Part shown: positions 35,545 to 38,409 of the stretch, in pieces
Layout: each line of letters starts with the position of its first letter
How positions within the stretch are numbered: the first letter of the stretch is position 1
Assembly (NCBI GenBank): GCA_002256025.1
Contig: NKIB01015078.1
Coordinates: 1-38,409, forward strand
Length of the DNA stretch: 38,409 nucleotides
Direction: 5' to 3'
Source of the DNA: Asterionella formosa
Lineage: Eukaryota
The notes under the pieces: generated by a model
Told to the model about the DNA's origin: nothing
Seen by the model: only the letters and a program-made list of their open reading frames with translations
Database searches by the model: none
Position numbers and translations under genes: made by a program

Positions 35545-36870
35545 AAACAAGCTAATTTCCATTGTGTAATTCTCGTAATCAGTGCAGTGTTATCAATATA
35601 GACCTGAAGCGGGATTTGTGATGGAAGAGAAGATAAATCATCTGTGCATAGTATGGTAGATATGGCTGCCATTCCTCCCAAAAAGCCCCCCATTCCAGAC
35701 TGTAACGATGATGTGCGCTGTCCCCCCGCCAGATACCCATCATCCATATCCCTTTGCCTCGGCTTTTGTTGTCCGATCTAGTAACTTCCACTCATGCGTT
35801 CCTGTCTCTGGATTTTTGGTTGAAGATCCATCTGATGCCAAAACCATTTTTCCTTCGAAAATATTCGTTTTAAAACTTTGCAAATCCGACGGGAAGGTGT
35901 TGTCTAACGGTAGTCTCCCATTGATTTCTTCAAAAATACCCTATTCTGATTAATGTTTCTGATTCTGCCATTATTAGGTAGAAAATCGGACGCATCTCTG
36001 GAAATTGGGGAATTTTGTTGGGAAGTTATCAGAGGATATCCTGTGATCTTGTATTAATCCTCAGTTTTTGTGCGAATTGACCCGCCCTGGAATACGACAT
36101 GTAAGTACTAGGCTGTGCAAAAAGTATTCTGTATCTTCTTGTCTAGACTGTTGATGAAAATCCCTGGTCATGAGCCAAGTATGAGCCTTCCTGCTGTGTC
36201 ATCTGTTTCATTAAGAAGCGCGCTGTGGACCTATCAATGAAAAATGAACACACTTGGTGGGTAAAATCAGTCTGTATCCATGGACCGACTTTTGTTTGTA
36301 ATCTAAATATCTTTGGGGACACACAAAAATATTTGCCAATGTAGGTCTTCCACAAATGCCAGGCTACCTGAGAAGGTACGTCGCTCCTGCAGAGGCCATT
36401 CCCATACACTCTTCCGATTTGGGCAGCGCCTTCCCTGGACGATGTATTCTGGAATGGTTAGTGCCCCAGATCCATCATCTGTAATATCTGCAGTGGTGAC
36501 CATCTGTAGGTATAGTCCACAAGCATTCTTGAGACATGGCAATTCTTTTGGCTTCCACTTATATTGTGGGTGCTGAATACCTCCATCAGACATTGATCAT
36601 TTGTCTCTTGGGGTTGTAACTCCTCCCATGAATCTTCTAAATTAGGGTTTGTTTGTAAGTGATCTACAAACATCAATAGTACTGACGTTATCCAACTCGG
36701 TTTTGTGTACCGCGTTGCTGTGCCAATACCAAATTGAAAAGGTTTCCCAGAGACACAATTGCCAGTAAAATGTATATCACTTGTACAATCTCGCTCATCA
36801 TTCTTCCGGAAGTGGCCTATCAACAGCTGTAGTTTGCCTTCCGGAAGTGGCCTATCAACAGCTGTAGTTG
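35545..36870 (-). mobile_element. degenerate non-LTR retrotransposon fragment (post-RT region plus RNase H; resembles diatom Ambal-type LINEs)
   Basis: Frameshifted translation: KPSWITSV..NDQCLMEVF..NACGLYLQMVTTADITDDGSG..RKSVWEWPLQ..AWHLWK..VGPW, then RNase H LASDGS..GTHEW..GYG*..TSSLQSGMGG..VYIDNTALITRI; stops and frameshifts present. Confidence 0.75.
36803..36869. repeat. tandem duplication of 32 bp
   Basis: CTTCCGGAAGTGGCCTATCAACAGCTGTAGTT at 36803 and 36838. Confidence 0.9.
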
Positions 36871-38147
36871 CGCTATGCTTCGGTCAGTGAAAATGTCCGT
36901 AAACCCAAAATCCCCTGGGTTGACAGTTTAGACATGCCCCCAAGTAAAACACATCATGTTTTCGCTAACCATAAGCATGGAGGCAGGAGATGCTCCCGGT
37001 CCTTGTTGCAATGTACTGACCAAAACCCAGTCTTATAAGTTCAAATATGAGTTTTTGGATATTCAAACTCAATATTTCATCTGTTCAAAGGTTTTTAACA
37101 GAGTTTTGACTGAGTGCTTGCTTGGTCCCAATCACCATAACACAATTGCGCCTACTGAGGGTCATCTGCAAATAAAAAGTATCATGCATATAGGATCAAG
37201 GGTATCGTATGCTAAGTGGCACAGGATTTTCGTATATATGAAAATTTTTGGATCAAAATTATGATCAGGGTATCCTATCACTATGATGATTTATTAATAT
37301 TTTACCGACCTTGAAGTACAATGTTAATAAGAACATTATCATCACACAATGTATATCAACTGATCAACAACATTTCCCATCAATATCATAAACCTTCTCA
37401 TATTATTTTCAATTTTCGTGATTGCCCGATGTAAATTATTACTACAACGCATCCTAAAATCAGCTCAGCTCTATGCTATCGTTAAAACTTTTTCATCGTA
37501 AATCTATTGTAAACATGATCATAATTCTAATCACAAGGATTATTCAAAATAGATTGAATTGGATCGTAATTTAACTATCAAATTTAGCAATGCTATCTAT
37601 TATTCTACATGCCAGCGACCCAACATTTCTCTCTCTACTTGGCTCAATGAATATTGTTCCTGTCTCGCCCTTTTCTTCCTCTTTTCTGAATCTTGTGCCA
37701 AGCATTGCCATACTAATGTTGCGTCTCTCTCCCTGCTGTTAGTGTTGTTCTGAACTTGCCGACTATTCCGTTGTTTGATCGGTTTTATTGTCCTATGCAA
37801 TTACAGTAACAATGAGAAGGAATGACTTGTTAGCTAGACATGTTACAACGACACAACATCACGCCATTCCATCATATCCTCTTGCTTGCTTCACTTACCA
37901 CAGCCAAATCAAAGCAAGTAATGCATAAGTCTGTTGGAGCTAATTATTTAGACCATTCCATTGGTGTATGTCATAACCCATTTGTATCATTATTTATACG
38001 CAAGGATTTTGGTAGCTAATTGTTTTAGCCCCTTTTTTTGGCGGGAGTTCTTTTTGTGTACCAGTACATCATATGACAATAACTTTTTATCATATAAATA
38101 CAGAGTACCAGTAACAGGTAGGAAGTGATATACTGGGGGTACCAGGT

Positions 38148-38409
38148 AGTAAGCGAGCAACAGAACACCATATGTCCATGACTGTTGCTACTTTAGTGGG
38201 ACAGTAAATCATCATAGTTTTAGGATCGCATGATCATAAAATTGAAAAAGGATAGTCGGAGTAGTAAGCGAGCAACAGAGCACCATATGTTCATGACTGC
38301 TGCTACTGCAGCGGGACATTAAATCATCATATTTTTAGGATTGTATGATCATAAAATTGAAAAAGAATAGTCGGAGTAGTAAGCGAGCAATAGAACACCA
38401 TATGTTCAT
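38148..38409. repeat. 115-bp tandem satellite (at least 2.3 units, runs off the window)
   Basis: AGTAAGCGAGCAA(C/T)AGA(A/G)CACCATATGT(C/T)CAT starts at 38148, 38263 and 38378. Confidence 0.92.

Overview
This is eukaryotic nuclear DNA, most likely from a diatom or other stramenopile. The evidence is short GT-AG introns of about 65-120 bp, a signal peptide with an A|F-type plastid cleavage motif, and an RNase H-bearing LINE relic. Ten intact protein-coding genes were reconstructed by hand, most of them spliced: a CREG-like protein, a PNUTS-like TFIIS-N/RVxW/2xRRM protein, TspO/MBR, PanC, IlvA, a bacterial-type FabI, a STAND NTPase, a NIT2-like omega-amidase, a putative tandem TrmY-like SPOUT protein and an MBL-fold/cNMP-binding protein. 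An eleventh intact ORF encodes a possibly myristoylated hypothetical protein. The genes are separated by AT-rich TE-derived tracts, palindrome arrays and clusters of GGTACC/TACCGGTA palindromes. The most unusual feature is a 1.85-kb intron in the PNUTS-like gene. It holds three diverged copies of a ~180-nt unit with conserved flanks and an inner hairpin that differs in sequence but folds in every copy. All family assignments come from motif recognition, not database searches.
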